A DNA stretch of 64,000 nucleotides. Source: Thermoanaerobaculia bacterium (GTDB taxonomy: Bacteria > Acidobacteriota > Thermoanaerobaculia > Multivoradales > UBA5704). The notes below the pieces were generated by a model. That model was not told the origin of the DNA. It was given only the letters and a program-made list of their open reading frames with translations, and did not search any database. Shown one piece after another: positions 1-10,817 of the stretch. Numbering within the stretch: position 1 is the first letter of the stretch; the number at the start of each line of letters is the position of its first letter. The stretch is taken from NCBI GenBank assembly GCA_035940855.1, contig DASZEM010000012.1, positions 130,791 to 194,790 of the forward strand, written 5' to 3'. The translations under genes and the position numbers were made by a program.

Positions 1-2240
1 CCAGACGTCGCGCTCATCGCAGACATCACGGGCATCCCGGACATCGCCGGCATGGCGGGCCCGTCGGACGCGGCGTCGGGCTCCGGCGTCCACGCGTCCG
101 TGGCCGGGGCGGCGGGCGCCGGCGGGACCGCGGGCTCGATCCGCTCGGGCTCGGGCTCCAGGACCCGGCGGATGTAGGCGGACAGGTCCGTGGGCCCGAG
201 CGAGGGGGCGAGCGAGGCGAGCACGGCCTCCAGCCGCTGCTTCATCTCCCCGGCGCTCTGGAAGCGGTCCTGGGGATCGACGGCGAGGGCCCGGGCCACG
301 ATCTCGTCCACCTCGTGGGGGATTGAGGGGTCCACCTGGCGCGGGGTGCGGACCCGGCCCTGGCGCACCGACTCCAGCACGGACATCTCGCTGTCGCCCG
401 GGAACTGGCGCTCGCCCGTGACCATCTCGAAGAGCACCGCGCCCAGGGAGAAGAGGTCGGAGCGGGAGTCGACGGCGCGGCCCCAGGCCTGCTCGGGGGA
501 CATGTACTGGAGCTTGCCCTTCAAGGCGCCCATCTGCGTCTGGCTGGCCTTGGAGACGGCCTTGGCGATGCCGAAGTCGCAGAGCTTGACGTCGCCCTCG
601 GAGGTGAGCAGCACGTTCTGCGGCGAGACGTCGCGGTGGACCAGGCCCATCTCCCGGTCCTCGAAGTCCCGCTTGCGGTGGGCGTAGTCGAGGGCGCTCG
701 CGACCCGAGCCGCGATCAGGAGGCCGAGGCCGAGAGGCAGGGGCGTCCCCTTGCGGCGCGCCGCGTTGAGCAGCGACCGCAGGTCCTTGCCGTCGACGTA
801 CTCCATGGCGATGTAGTAGTCGCGGCCGATCTTCCCGAGATCGTAGATGTGGACGATGTTGGGATGGGTGAGCTGGGCGGCCAGCTTGGCCTCGTCGATG
901 AACATCCCCACGAACTCGGCGTTGTCCGTCATGTGGGGGAGGATGCGCTTGATGGCCACCGTCTTCTGGAAGCCCTCGACGCCGCGCATGCGGGCCTTCC
1001 AGACCTCCGCCATGCCGCCGACGGCGATCCGCTCGAGCAGGGTGTACTGGCCGAAGCGTTCCCCGGCCTGATCGCCGGGCTCTTCGGTGAAGACGGGGAT
1101 GCGCTGCGTGGCCGCGATATCTGCGGGAACTGCGGGAACCGCGGGAACCGCCGAGGGAGCCCTGACCGAGGCGCCCACCGGCGCCGGCACGGGCTGCGGC
1201 GTGAACGGGAGGGGCTCGGGCTTCGGCGGCGCCGGACGGGGCGGCGCGGGAGCCGCCGGACGGGCTGGCGCCGAAGTGCCCGCGGCCGGCCCCGGCCGGG
1301 TGGGGCGGGCCAGCTCCTCGAGCTCCGAGAAATCGAAATCTCCCACGCGCTTGCGCACGGCCGTGCCCTCCTGCGCCGGGATTGCCGGGGGGGTGGGACG
1401 GGCCGGGGGCGCGGCGGCGGGCGGCGGGGTGGCCGGAGCGGGCGCGGCCGGCGGCGCCGGGGCGGGTCTCGGCGCGGCGGCCGCAGCCGGAGCGGCCGGG
1501 ACCGCCTGCGGGGGAGCGGGAGCCACCGGAGGGCGCACGCCCGTCTTGGTACGGCCGAGTTCCAGGTTCGACAAGGTCTTGCTGAGCAGGGCGTCGACGT
1601 CGCCCACGCCGGTCTCGGCGCGCCGCGGCGGAGCCGTAGGGGCCGCGGCCGGGCGGGGCCTGGGCTCGGGGCCCAGCACGCCGGAGAGAGTCTTCTCCAG
1701 ACGGCGCTGCACCTCGTCGTCGTGGGCCGGCGCCGGCTTCGGCGCGGCGGCGACTGGAGCGGCGGGTCGCGGCGCGGGAGCCGGCGGCACTCCATCCTCC
1801 TCGACCTCGGCGAGCACGTCGCCGAAGATGTCGTGGGAAGTCAGCTTCTGATCCTTGACGGGAGTGGCCGCGGCGTTCTGGCGCCGGGCGAGCAGGGCCT
1901 GGCGGGCCGCGAGCACCACCTGCTGGTCGGTGAAGGGCTTGACGAGCCGGCCGTCGGCGCGGTCCTGCCCGTTGGCGCTGTCAGCGGGGTCCGCGGGTTC
2001 CGCGGGCGCGAGACCCAGGAGGCCGGGGCCGCCGGCCTCGCGGGAGAAGGAGAAGGCCAGCACCGCGAACCCCGGGACATCCGTGCCGGCCATCACCAGG
2101 TCGGGCGCGTCCGCCGCGGCCGCCTGGAGAGCCTGGTCCACCCCCGGCACCACCCGCACGTGCCATCCCTCGGCGCTCAAGGCCGCGTTGATCCGTTCCA
2201 CATAGTGCGGTTCTTGCTCGACGACGAGGATCGAGGGCAT
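1..2240 (-). CDS. Response-regulator receiver domain fused through a Pro/Ala-rich linker to a Hanks-type Ser/Thr protein kinase. The 3' end runs off the window edge (at least 746 aa).
   Basis: Minus-strand translation from the ATG at 2238-2240 gives MPSILVVEQEPHYVERINAALSAEGWHV... (REC-like) and a long PAPAP linker. Kinase motifs follow: GxGxxG-like 'IAVGGMAEVWKA', 'VAIKRI', 'HRDVSPQNVLL', 'DFG' and 'SPEQ'. The frame is open to position 3. The ORF track omits it because no stop codon lies in the window. Confidence 0.8.
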   Translation of the reverse strand, partial: MPSILVVEQEPHYVERINAALSAEGWHVRVVPGVDQALQAAAADAPDLVMAGTDVPGFAVLAFSFSREAGGPGLLGLAPAEPADPADSANGQDRADGRLVKPFTDQQVVLAARQALLARRQNAAATPVKDQKLTSHDIFGDVLAEVEEDGVPPAPAPRPAAPVAAAPKPAPAHDDEVQRRLEKTLSGVLGPEPRPRPAAAPTAPPRRAETGVGDVDALLSKTLSNLELGRTKTGVRPPVAPAPPQAVPAAPAAAAAPRPAPAPPAAPAPATPPPAAAPPARPTPPAIPAQEGTAVRKRVGDFDFSELEELARPTRPGPAAGTSAPARPAAPAPPRPAPPKPEPLPFTPQPVPAPVGASVRAPSAVPAVPAVPADIAATQRIPVFTEEPGDQAGERFGQYTLLERIAVGGMAEVWKARMRGVEGFQKTVAIKRILPHMTDNAEFVGMFIDEAKLAAQLTHPNIVHIYDLGKIGRDYYIAMEYVDGKDLRSLLNAARRKGTPLPLGLGLLIAARVASALDYAHRKRDFEDREMGLVHRDVSPQNVLLTSEGDVKLCDFGIAKAVSKASQTQMGALKGKLQYMSPEQAWGRAVDSRSDLFSLGAVLFEMVTGERQFPGDSEMSVLESVRQGRVRTPRQVDPSIPHEVDEIVARALAVDPQDRFQSAGEMKQRLEAVLASLAPSLGPTDLSAYIRRVLEPEPERIEPAVPPAPAAPATDAWTPEPDAASDGPAMPAMSGMPVMSAMSATS

Positions 2241-2291
2241 ACCAATCTCCAAGAAGTGATTCCAGCAAGTGTTTGTAACACTCCGGACCTC

Positions 2292-2317
2292 GCCAGGTCA
2301 ATCGGCCAGGTCAATCG
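2292..2317. promoter_or_regulatory. Tandem 13-bp direct repeat (gccaggtcaatcg, two copies) in the divergent intergenic region between the kinase gene and yebC. Candidate operator.
   Basis: Exact tandem duplication seen in the sequence. A 12-bp long-range inverted repeat gggcttgatttt/aaaatcaagccc (about 2333-2344 and 2400-2411) lies in the yebC leader. Confidence 0.3.
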
Positions 2318-2443
2318 GAAGGTGGCCCAAAGGGCTTGATTTTGAGGGATTTAACGGGGCCGTCCGGCGCTCTCCGGGCAGCGAGGCGGGAAATCCTGTA
2401 AAATCAAGCCCCTTCGGGAGTTCTTCCTCAGGAGCGTCCGCGA

Positions 2444-3202
2444 ATGTCAGGCCATAGCAAGTGGAGCACGATCAAGCACAAGAAGGCGGCGACCGACGCC
2501 CGCCGGGGCAAGCTGTTCTCCAAGCTGCTCAAGGAGATCACCGTCGCGGCCCGCGTGGGCGGCGGCGACCCCAAGGGGAACCCGCGCCTGCGCGCCGCCA
2601 TCCTGGAGGCGAGGTCCAACAGCGTCCCGAACGACAACATCGACCGGGCGGTCAAGAAGGGAACGGGCGAGCTCGAAGCCGAAGTCTATGAAGAGGTCAT
2701 CTACGAGGGCTACGGGCCGGGCGGGGTGGCCATCCTGGTCGAGGCGGCCACCGACAACCGCAACCGCACGACGGGCGAGATCCGCCACACCTTCGCCAGG
2801 AACGGCGGCAGCTTGGGCGAGGCGGGGTGCGTGGCCTGGATGTTCCACCGCCGGGGCTACTTCGCCATTCCCAGGGACGGCAAGGACGCCATGGACGAGG
2901 AGAAGTTCATGGAGCTCGCCCTGGAGCTGGGGGCCGACGACGTCTCGATCGAGGAGGAAGCCTACGAGATCTACACGCCCATGGAGGACTTCCTGGCCAC
3001 CCAGGAGGAGCTCGAGCGACGGGGCGTCCCCACGGCCGCCCAGGAGCTCGCCATGATCCCCCAGACCACCGTCGACGTGCCTCCCGACAAGATCAACCAG
3101 GTGCTCCGCCTGATGGAGGCCCTGGAAGACCACGACGACGCCCAGAAGGTCTGGGCCAACCTGAACATCGACGAGAAGGTCCTGGAGGCCCAGTCCCGCT
3201 AG
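2444..3202 (+). CDS. yebC: YebC/PmpR family DNA-binding transcriptional regulator.
   Basis: MSGHSKWSTIKHKKAATDARRGKLFSKL... is the canonical YebC N-terminus. Full length 252 aa. An AGGAG RBS lies 9 nt upstream. Confidence 0.9.
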   Translation: MSGHSKWSTIKHKKAATDARRGKLFSKLLKEITVAARVGGGDPKGNPRLRAAILEARSNSVPNDNIDRAVKKGTGELEAEVYEEVIYEGYGPGGVAILVEAATDNRNRTTGEIRHTFARNGGSLGEAGCVAWMFHRRGYFAIPRDGKDAMDEEKFMELALELGADDVSIEEEAYEIYTPMEDFLATQEELERRGVPTAAQELAMIPQTTVDVPPDKINQVLRLMEALEDHDDAQKVWANLNIDEKVLEAQSR

Positions 3203-3229
3203 CGGCCGCTAGGGGAAGGCGTCCTCCCG

Positions 3230-3736
3230 GTGCTCATCCTGGGACTCGATCCGGGCAGCCTCCACACCGGCTATGGCCTGATCGAGAAGCACGGCTCCTC
3301 GCTCGCCCCGGTCGACGCCGGCCGCTTCTCCTGCCCCAGGGATCTGGATTTGCCACGGCGGCTGGCCTACCTGGCCGGCCGCCTGGACGAGATGGTGACG
3401 GGCCGGCGGCCGGACCTGGCCGTGCTCGAGACCCCGTTTCACGGCATGAACGCGCGCTCGCTCATCGTGCTCGCCCAGGCCCGCGGCGCCCTTCTCGCGG
3501 TGCTCGCCGGGCGCGGCGTCGAGATCCGCGAATACAGCCCGGCCGAGGTCAAGTCCGCCGTCACCGGCAACGGCCGCGCCGACAAGGACCAGGTCGCCCG
3601 CATGGTGTGCCTCCTGCTCTCCACCCGGGGCGAAGGCTGGGCGAGCGACGCGACCGACGCCCTGGCCCTCGCCATCTGCTGTGCCCAGCGGCTGCGGCTC
3701 GACCAGCTCGCCGAGCGGACCCGCCCGGCTAAATAA
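3230..3736 (+). CDS. ruvC: Holliday junction resolvase RuvC.
   Basis: MLILGLDPGSLHTGYGLIE... is the RuvC signature start. 168 aa. It follows yebC as in many genomes, but no ruvAB lies downstream. Confidence 0.9.
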   Translation: MLILGLDPGSLHTGYGLIEKHGSSLAPVDAGRFSCPRDLDLPRRLAYLAGRLDEMVTGRRPDLAVLETPFHGMNARSLIVLAQARGALLAVLAGRGVEIREYSPAEVKSAVTGNGRADKDQVARMVCLLLSTRGEGWASDATDALALAICCAQRLRLDQLAERTRPAK

Positions 3737-3817
3737 CTGGAGCGCGATTTTGCGCTGTGCTACCATCGGCCTCTGCTGACCGTTGAACCCGTGAACCTCT
3801 GACGCCGTCTATCGCCT

Positions 3818-4639
3818 ATGGCCTTCCAGGGCTCGCTCAAAGAGCTGCCGCTCCCCGACATCATCCAGTTGGTCTCCGTCTCGGGGAAGACGGGAGTCTT
3901 CTCTCTGCGCAGGAACGGGGACAACACCGGCGAGATCTACCTGCGCGGAGGGCAGATCGTCCACGCCCACGTGGGCGACCTCCAGGGCGAGGAGGCGATG
4001 TACGAGCTGGCCATCTGGCCCGAGGGCGAGTTCGTCTTCACCCCCGGCCAGGAGACGGACGTCACCACGATCCAGAAGTCCAACACCAACCTCCTCATGG
4101 AGGCGGCGCGCCGGATCGACGAGTGGCAGATCCTCTCCAAGCGCATCCCCTCGACCCGGCTGGTCCCCGTCTTCACCCAGCACGCCACCACGACCTCCGT
4201 GTCGCTCACGCCCCAGGAGTGGGCGCTGATCTGCAAGATCGACGAGCGGCGCACCATCGAGGAGATCGCCATCGGGCTCGACATGAGCCCCTTCGAGGCC
4301 TGCAAGCTCCTCTACGGCCTGATCACCTCGGGGCTCGTGGGGCTCAACGAGGACCTGAGCCGCCTGCGCACCGACCGGCTGCGCTCGATGTCGCCGACCG
4401 AGCTGGCGGCGGTCGCCGAGGCCGTCCACCAGCAGGCCCGCACGCTCCTGAACGGCCACGCCCGGCAGAGCGAGCTGGACGTCCCCTTCCGCATGAGCAA
4501 GGCCGAGATGGACTCCGGGCGCGGCGTCGAAGCCGTGCTCGACCTCGTGCGCGCCGAAGAGAAGGTGGTCTCGGCCGCCCTTGGCCCGAACCAGAGCAAG
4601 ACTTTCCTCGACCGGGTCACCCAGGTCCTGAACCGCTGA
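3818..4639 (+). CDS. DUF4388 domain protein.
   Basis: The N-terminal motif 'SLKELPLPDIIQLV' is typical of DUF4388. GC3-rich codon usage. Confidence 0.6.
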   Translation: MAFQGSLKELPLPDIIQLVSVSGKTGVFSLRRNGDNTGEIYLRGGQIVHAHVGDLQGEEAMYELAIWPEGEFVFTPGQETDVTTIQKSNTNLLMEAARRIDEWQILSKRIPSTRLVPVFTQHATTTSVSLTPQEWALICKIDERRTIEEIAIGLDMSPFEACKLLYGLITSGLVGLNEDLSRLRTDRLRSMSPTELAAVAEAVHQQARTLLNGHARQSELDVPFRMSKAEMDSGRGVEAVLDLVRAEEKVVSAALGPNQSKTFLDRVTQVLNR

Positions 4640-4649
4640 GGCCGCCCCC

Positions 4650-4755
4650 GCCCGGGCATAAATGCCCGGGCTACGCGAAAACAGCCGGGTGAACCCGACT
4701 GCTGGAGTCCCCTTCAGGGGGCTCTTTTGACTAGCCCGGGCATTTATGCCCGGGC
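4650..4755. repeat. Two copies of a 22-bp palindrome gcccgggcat(aa/tt)atgcccgggc (about 4650-4671 and 4734-4755). They flank a weak hairpin/T-tract terminator (about 4708-4727).
   Basis: Perfect palindromes read directly from the sequence, located after the DUF4388 stop codon. Confidence 0.4.
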
Positions 4756-4805
4756 GGGGCTCGATCGCGGAACGAACTTCGGGGGCCTCGTACTAGAATG
4801 CCGCC

Positions 4806-6188
4806 ATGACATCCTGCGGCGTCCGCTCTCTCCTCCTCCTGCTCGTCGTGTCTCTGTCCGCGGTCCAGGTGCGCGCGCAGCAGCAGGAGACGCCGCCTCC
4901 CGAGCCCCAGGCGGCTCCGGTCCAGCCGCCACCGGTCCCGGCACCTCCGGCCCCGGAACCCCAGTCCGTGCCCGTGCCCGCGCCCGCGTCGCCGGACGCC
5001 GCAGAGCCCCAGACTCCCACCGTTCCCGAGCCGTCGGGGTCGGGGGGAGGCACCGAGAGCGGGACGGGGGACGTCGAGCTGCCTCCCAGGCCCGCGGAGG
5101 ACCGCATCCTGCCGCGGCTGGACTTCTACTTCCCCGAGGGCGAGCTCGACCTGCGCGTCAACCGGCTCATCAACAAGACGTTCTTCGAGGGACAGGTCAA
5201 GTACAACTTCATCAAGGGCGACATCACGGCCTTCCTGCGCTACCGCTACTACGGCTACCAGCGGACGACCCAGTTCACCGTGTTCGACGCCATCGAGTTC
5301 GACGACATCGACCAGAACGTCACCGACGACTTCGACCGGGTGCGCGGGACCCTGCTGCTGCTCCAGTGGCCCCACAGTTACAACAGCCGCACCTTCGGCT
5401 TGGCCGAGATCGACCGCATCAGCTCCAACAAGGGGGAGCGGGGCAGCGACTTCTTCGTCCGCCGCGACCGCACGAACACGTTCGTGCGCATGGGCTACCA
5501 GCTCGGCACCCCGGACGAGGGCCGGTCGAGCGCCATCGCGGGGGAGACCCGGGCGCGCACGGAGCGGCTGTTCTCCGCCTTTCGCGAGTTCGGGCCCGGC
5601 GACGCGACCATCACGGCCGCCTTCACCTACGGCTTCAAGTTCGGCATCGGGGACTTCGACTACCTCAAGTTCGAGTTCGAGGCCCTCAAGCGGTTCGACG
5701 TCAGCACGCGGACCTTCCTGATCGGCCGTCTGCGCGGGGGAACCTTCCCCTACATCGGCAAAGTGGACGATCCGGAGACGCTGCCGCCCGATCCCGAGCC
5801 GCTCGACTTCTACGCCATTCCGGGCTCGGAGGCCTTCCACCTGGAAGGACGCGAGAACCTGAAAGGCCTGGGCGACCGCCAGCGCGGCATCGAGCAACTT
5901 CTGACCACCTGGGAGTACTTCTTTCCCTGGTTCCTCGAAAGCCACCACAACTTCCTGCGGCTGGACTTTCAGAATTGGTACTGGATCTTGTACACGGGAA
6001 TCGGTACGACCGGCCTGGATCGAGAGGCTTACACGGATTTCGATTCCTACATCCCCGACGCCGGTATCGGCTTCGAGTCATCCTTCAGGCTCCGGAAATA
6101 CAGGTTTTTTCTCTCCGGGATTGTGGCACAGGCTTTGAAAGGAGACGGTGGGGTAGAGGCGCGTATCTCGGTCAAGTCGTACCGTTGA
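4806..6188 (+). CDS. Secreted or outer-membrane protein of unknown function. It has a signal peptide, a Pro-rich region and a probable beta-rich C-terminal domain.
   Basis: N-terminus MTSCGVRSLLLLLVVSLSAVQVRAQQ is signal-peptide-like, followed by a PPPEPQAAPVQPPP stretch. Strong GC3 bias over 460 aa. Confidence 0.6.
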   Translation: MTSCGVRSLLLLLVVSLSAVQVRAQQQETPPPEPQAAPVQPPPVPAPPAPEPQSVPVPAPASPDAAEPQTPTVPEPSGSGGGTESGTGDVELPPRPAEDRILPRLDFYFPEGELDLRVNRLINKTFFEGQVKYNFIKGDITAFLRYRYYGYQRTTQFTVFDAIEFDDIDQNVTDDFDRVRGTLLLLQWPHSYNSRTFGLAEIDRISSNKGERGSDFFVRRDRTNTFVRMGYQLGTPDEGRSSAIAGETRARTERLFSAFREFGPGDATITAAFTYGFKFGIGDFDYLKFEFEALKRFDVSTRTFLIGRLRGGTFPYIGKVDDPETLPPDPEPLDFYAIPGSEAFHLEGRENLKGLGDRQRGIEQLLTTWEYFFPWFLESHHNFLRLDFQNWYWILYTGIGTTGLDREAYTDFDSYIPDAGIGFESSFRLRKYRFFLSGIVAQALKGDGGVEARISVKSYR

Positions 6189-6315
6189 GCAATGCGCTCG
6201 GTGGACGGCCGGACCGGGGTAGAGGCGTCTTGGGGTAGCTTCGCTGCAGTCAAAGAAGTCTCGTGGGCCGCTTCGAACACCCACGCGGAATTGGCTTACA
6301 GCCGGAGGAGAATGC

Positions 6316-7650
6316 ATGAAACTGAAATGGTTATGCTTCATCGCGCTGGTGAGCCTCGCGCCCACCGTGGCGTCGGCGGCGGAACAGGCAAACGCCGCCA
6401 GCATCACGGGGGAGACGGGGCTGTTCACCCTGCTGAGCGGCGATACATTGCCCCAGGGCGGGTGGTCTTTTGGTCTTTATTACAACAACTGGGACCGTCT
6501 GGTGGACCTGCCGGGCGGGATCGCCCGTAACGACGACGGCCAGCTCAGCCTCGACCACAACCGGCTGAGCGCCAGCATCGGCTACGGGATCACCGACCGC
6601 TGGGAATTCAGCGTCATGGTCCCCTACGAGGACTTCAACTTCGACCAGGACGACCTGCTGATCGGCGCCGACGACGCCAGCGGCATCGGCAACGTCCGCC
6701 TCGGCACCAAGTTCCGCCTGCTCGGAGGCGTGGGCGACGCGACGACGCTCGCCTTGAACGCCTTTGTAGAAGGTGCAACCGGGGACGAGGACGTGGCCTC
6801 GGAGGACACCGGCTACGGGATCGGCCTCGACTGGCGGGCCTCGAAGTGGGTGTTCAACATCGGCTACGAGGACCTCGGCAGCTTCAGCCTGCCGGTGGCC
6901 AACAACGACTGCGTGCGCAACCCCCTGCTGTGCCGCCTGGTCGACGACTTCGACCGCCAGGCGATCACGGCCGGCCTCGGCTACGTGGGCCGGGTCACCG
7001 ACAACTTCGACTGGATCACCGAGGTCAACGGTGCCTTCCACACCGGTGACAACGCCTTCTTCGAGGACTTCTACGACCTGACCACGGGCGGCCGCGTGTG
7101 GCTCGGCGGGGGCAACTGGGCGTTCAACTTCGCCCTGCGCACCGATCTCGCCCAGCTCGACTCGATCGACGAGCACTGCCCGATCGGCGGCCTGCTGGGC
7201 CTAACCTTCTTCCCGCGGCTCCTGCCGCCGCCTCCACCGGCTCCGCCTCCGCCGCCGCCTCCGCCGCCGGTCGAGGCTCCTCCGCCGCCTCCGCCGCCGG
7301 TCGAGGCTCCTCCGCCGCCACCGCCACCGCCGCCGGCACCGCCCGAGCGGACGGAAGTGACGTGCTCGTTCACGTCGGGCAGCGCCCGGTTGGACAACAT
7401 CTGCAAGGCCAAGCTTGACGAAGTGGCGCTGCGGATGAAGCAGGAGTCCGCCGCGACGGCGCAGGTCATCGGCTACGCCGACGGCTCGAGCGGCACGCAG
7501 ACGAGCAACCAGCGGGCCGCGGAGCAGCGCGCCACGGCGGTGAAGAACTACCTGGTCACGCGGCACGGGATCGACCCGAGCCGGATCACGACCGAGGGCC
7601 AGGTCACCGACCGAAGGGCGGCCGTGGTCATCCTCACCATCCCGAGATAA
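6316..7650 (+). CDS. OmpA family protein. It has an N-terminal beta-barrel-like domain, a poly-proline linker and a C-terminal OmpA peptidoglycan-binding domain.
   Basis: Signal peptide MKLKWLCFIALVSLAPTVASA. The C-terminal region 'NQRAAEQRATAVKNYLVTRHGIDPSRITTEGQ' matches the OmpA_C-like pattern. The PPPPPPPVEAPPPPPPP linker is encoded by a 30-bp tandem DNA repeat at about 7213-7345. Confidence 0.8.
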   Translation: MKLKWLCFIALVSLAPTVASAAEQANAASITGETGLFTLLSGDTLPQGGWSFGLYYNNWDRLVDLPGGIARNDDGQLSLDHNRLSASIGYGITDRWEFSVMVPYEDFNFDQDDLLIGADDASGIGNVRLGTKFRLLGGVGDATTLALNAFVEGATGDEDVASEDTGYGIGLDWRASKWVFNIGYEDLGSFSLPVANNDCVRNPLLCRLVDDFDRQAITAGLGYVGRVTDNFDWITEVNGAFHTGDNAFFEDFYDLTTGGRVWLGGGNWAFNFALRTDLAQLDSIDEHCPIGGLLGLTFFPRLLPPPPPAPPPPPPPPPVEAPPPPPPPVEAPPPPPPPPPAPPERTEVTCSFTSGSARLDNICKAKLDEVALRMKQESAATAQVIGYADGSSGTQTSNQRAAEQRATAVKNYLVTRHGIDPSRITTEGQVTDRRAAVVILTIPR

Positions 7651-7675
7651 CCAACCCTTGAGGCTGGTTGGGAGA

Positions 7676-7699
7676 GGCCCCGCTCCGGCGGGGCCTTTT
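7676..7699. terminator. Bidirectional rho-independent terminator between the OmpA-family gene and ftsX.
   Basis: An 8-bp perfect stem ggccccgc/gcggggcc is followed by TTTT. Confidence 0.6.
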
Positions 7700-7704
7700 C
7701 CTTT

Positions 7705-8601
7705 CTACAGAGACTCGCGCCGCAGCGAGACCATCGCCCCGAACAGCCCCGCGCCCGCGCCGAGGAGCATCAGGAAGGCCACCTGCTGGGGATGGAGGAA
7801 GTCGAGCGCCAGGATGGAGGCCCAGAGCGAGCCCCGGCTCCTGGCGTGAACGGCCTGGTAGACGCCCCAGAGCGCGCCGCTCGCCGTCACGCCTCCGATC
7901 AGCCCCTGGAGCAGGCCTTCCACGTAGAAGGGGCCGCGGATGAAGAACTCCGTGGCTCCCACGAGACGCATGATCTCCGCCTCCTCGCGGTGGAGGTAGG
8001 CCGTCAGCCGGATCACGCTCGCGATGGTGAAGATGGCCGCGCCGAGGAGCCCCCCCACCAGGGCCAGCCCCACCGCCCGCACCACCGCCACGACGGTCTC
8101 CAACTGGCCCAGCCACTCGCGGTCGTCGTCGACCAGCGTCACCTCCGGACGCTTGCGCCAGCCGTCGAGCCAGGCCTCGCGCCCCGCCGGGCCCGTGGCG
8201 GCGCGCGGGTCGAGCCCGATCTCCAGAGACGCCGGCAGCGGCTCGTCCTGCCAGCCGGCGACGAGGTCCGCGAGGCTGGGGAAGACCTCCTGGAAGCGCT
8301 TGCGGGCCGCCTCCGCGGTGACCGGCTCGACGGAGGTCACCCCCGGGCCCCGGGAGGCTTCCGCGCCCAGCCGGCGCAGGTCGGCCTCCGAGGTGTCCGG
8401 CCGCAGGTAGATCACCACCCGCATCTCCCCCCGCCAGCGCTCAAGCGACGTGGAGAGATTGCCGCTCACCAGCAGGAAGGCGCCGCCGATGAAGAGGCTC
8501 ACCGCGATGGTCAGCACGGCGAGCAGGCTCACCTTCCAGCCCCGCAGCAGGTTGACCGCCGCCTCGCGGAAGAAGTAGCGGAGGGCCTGCAGGAACTTCA
8601 C
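7705..8601 (-). CDS. ftsX: Cell division permease FtsX.
   Basis: VKFLQALRYFFREAAVNLLRGW... with four TM segments. The GTG start overlaps the ftsE stop (GTGA). The upstream part of the 570-aa track ORF is in the ftsE antisense frame and is not coding. Confidence 0.85.
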   Translation of the reverse strand: MKFLQALRYFFREAAVNLLRGWKVSLLAVLTIAVSLFIGGAFLLVSGNLSTSLERWRGEMRVVIYLRPDTSEADLRRLGAEASRGPGVTSVEPVTAEAARKRFQEVFPSLADLVAGWQDEPLPASLEIGLDPRAATGPAGREAWLDGWRKRPEVTLVDDDREWLGQLETVVAVVRAVGLALVGGLLGAAIFTIASVIRLTAYLHREEAEIMRLVGATEFFIRGPFYVEGLLQGLIGGVTASGALWGVYQAVHARSRGSLWASILALDFLHPQQVAFLMLLGAGAGLFGAMVSLRRESL

Positions 8602-9346
8602 GCGGGCGGCTCCTCCGGCGGCAGCTCGGGGATGGGGGGCTCCTCCATCGCGATCAGAGGATCCAGCGCGGGCGGGTCGGTGCCGGCGAGCTCCTGGTCC
8701 GAGGCCAGGCGCCCGTGGTCCAGCGTCAGCACCCGCCGGCCCACCCGCTGGATGGTATCGCGGTCGTGGGTCGCCAGGATCACCGTCGTCCCCCGCAGGT
8801 TCACCTCCAGGAACAGGCGGAGGATCTCCCGGGAGAGGTCGGGATCGAGGTTGCCCGTGGGCTCGTCCGCGATCAGGATCTCCGGCTCGTTGATCAGCGC
8901 GCGGGCGATCGCCACCCTCTGCTGCTCGCCCCCCGAGAGCTCCGGCGGGAAGGCGTTCAGGCGGTGGGCGAGCCCCACCCGGCGCAGGGCCAGGTAGGCC
9001 ATCTTCTTCTGGCTCTGGAGGTCGACCCCCAGCACCCGGGGGAGATAGGTGACGTTCTCGAACACCGTCTTCCTGGGGATCAGCCGGAAGTCCTGGAAGA
9101 CGACGCCGATCGTGCGCCGCAGGTAGGGGATCTTGCTCTGCGGGATCGACGCGACGTTGCGGCCGTTGACCAGGATCTGGCCCGTGGACGGGACCTCGGC
9201 GCGGAAGATCATCCGCAGCAGGGTCGTCTTGCCCGCGCCGCTCGCGCCGGTCAGGAAGACGAACTGGCCCCGGGGGATGTCGAACGTGACGTCGTCGAGG
9301 GCCGTCTGGCCCCCGGGGTACTTCTTGCTGACGTGGAAGAACTGGA

Positions 9347-9350
<4 letters not shown>
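8598..9350 (-). CDS. ftsE: Cell division ATP-binding protein FtsE.
   Basis: Walker A GASGAGKTT, the ABC signature LSGGEQQRVAIARAL and Walker B ILIADEPTG. Confidence 0.9.
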
Positions 9351-10816
<1,466 letters not shown>

Positions 10817-10817
10817 G

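Noticed and set aside
636-2339. A 567-aa plus-strand ORF and the 288-aa proline-rich minus-strand ORF at 929-1795.
   Set aside because: Arg/Gly/Pro low-complexity translations of the alternative frames of the high-GC kinase gene. The true gene is the minus-strand REC-STK in the third frame.
4727-6238. Overlapping 503-aa (plus) and 405-aa (minus) ORFs.
   Set aside because: Off-frame or antisense to the 4806-6188 secreted-protein gene. They are repetitive and Arg-rich, which is typical of GC-rich spurious ORFs.
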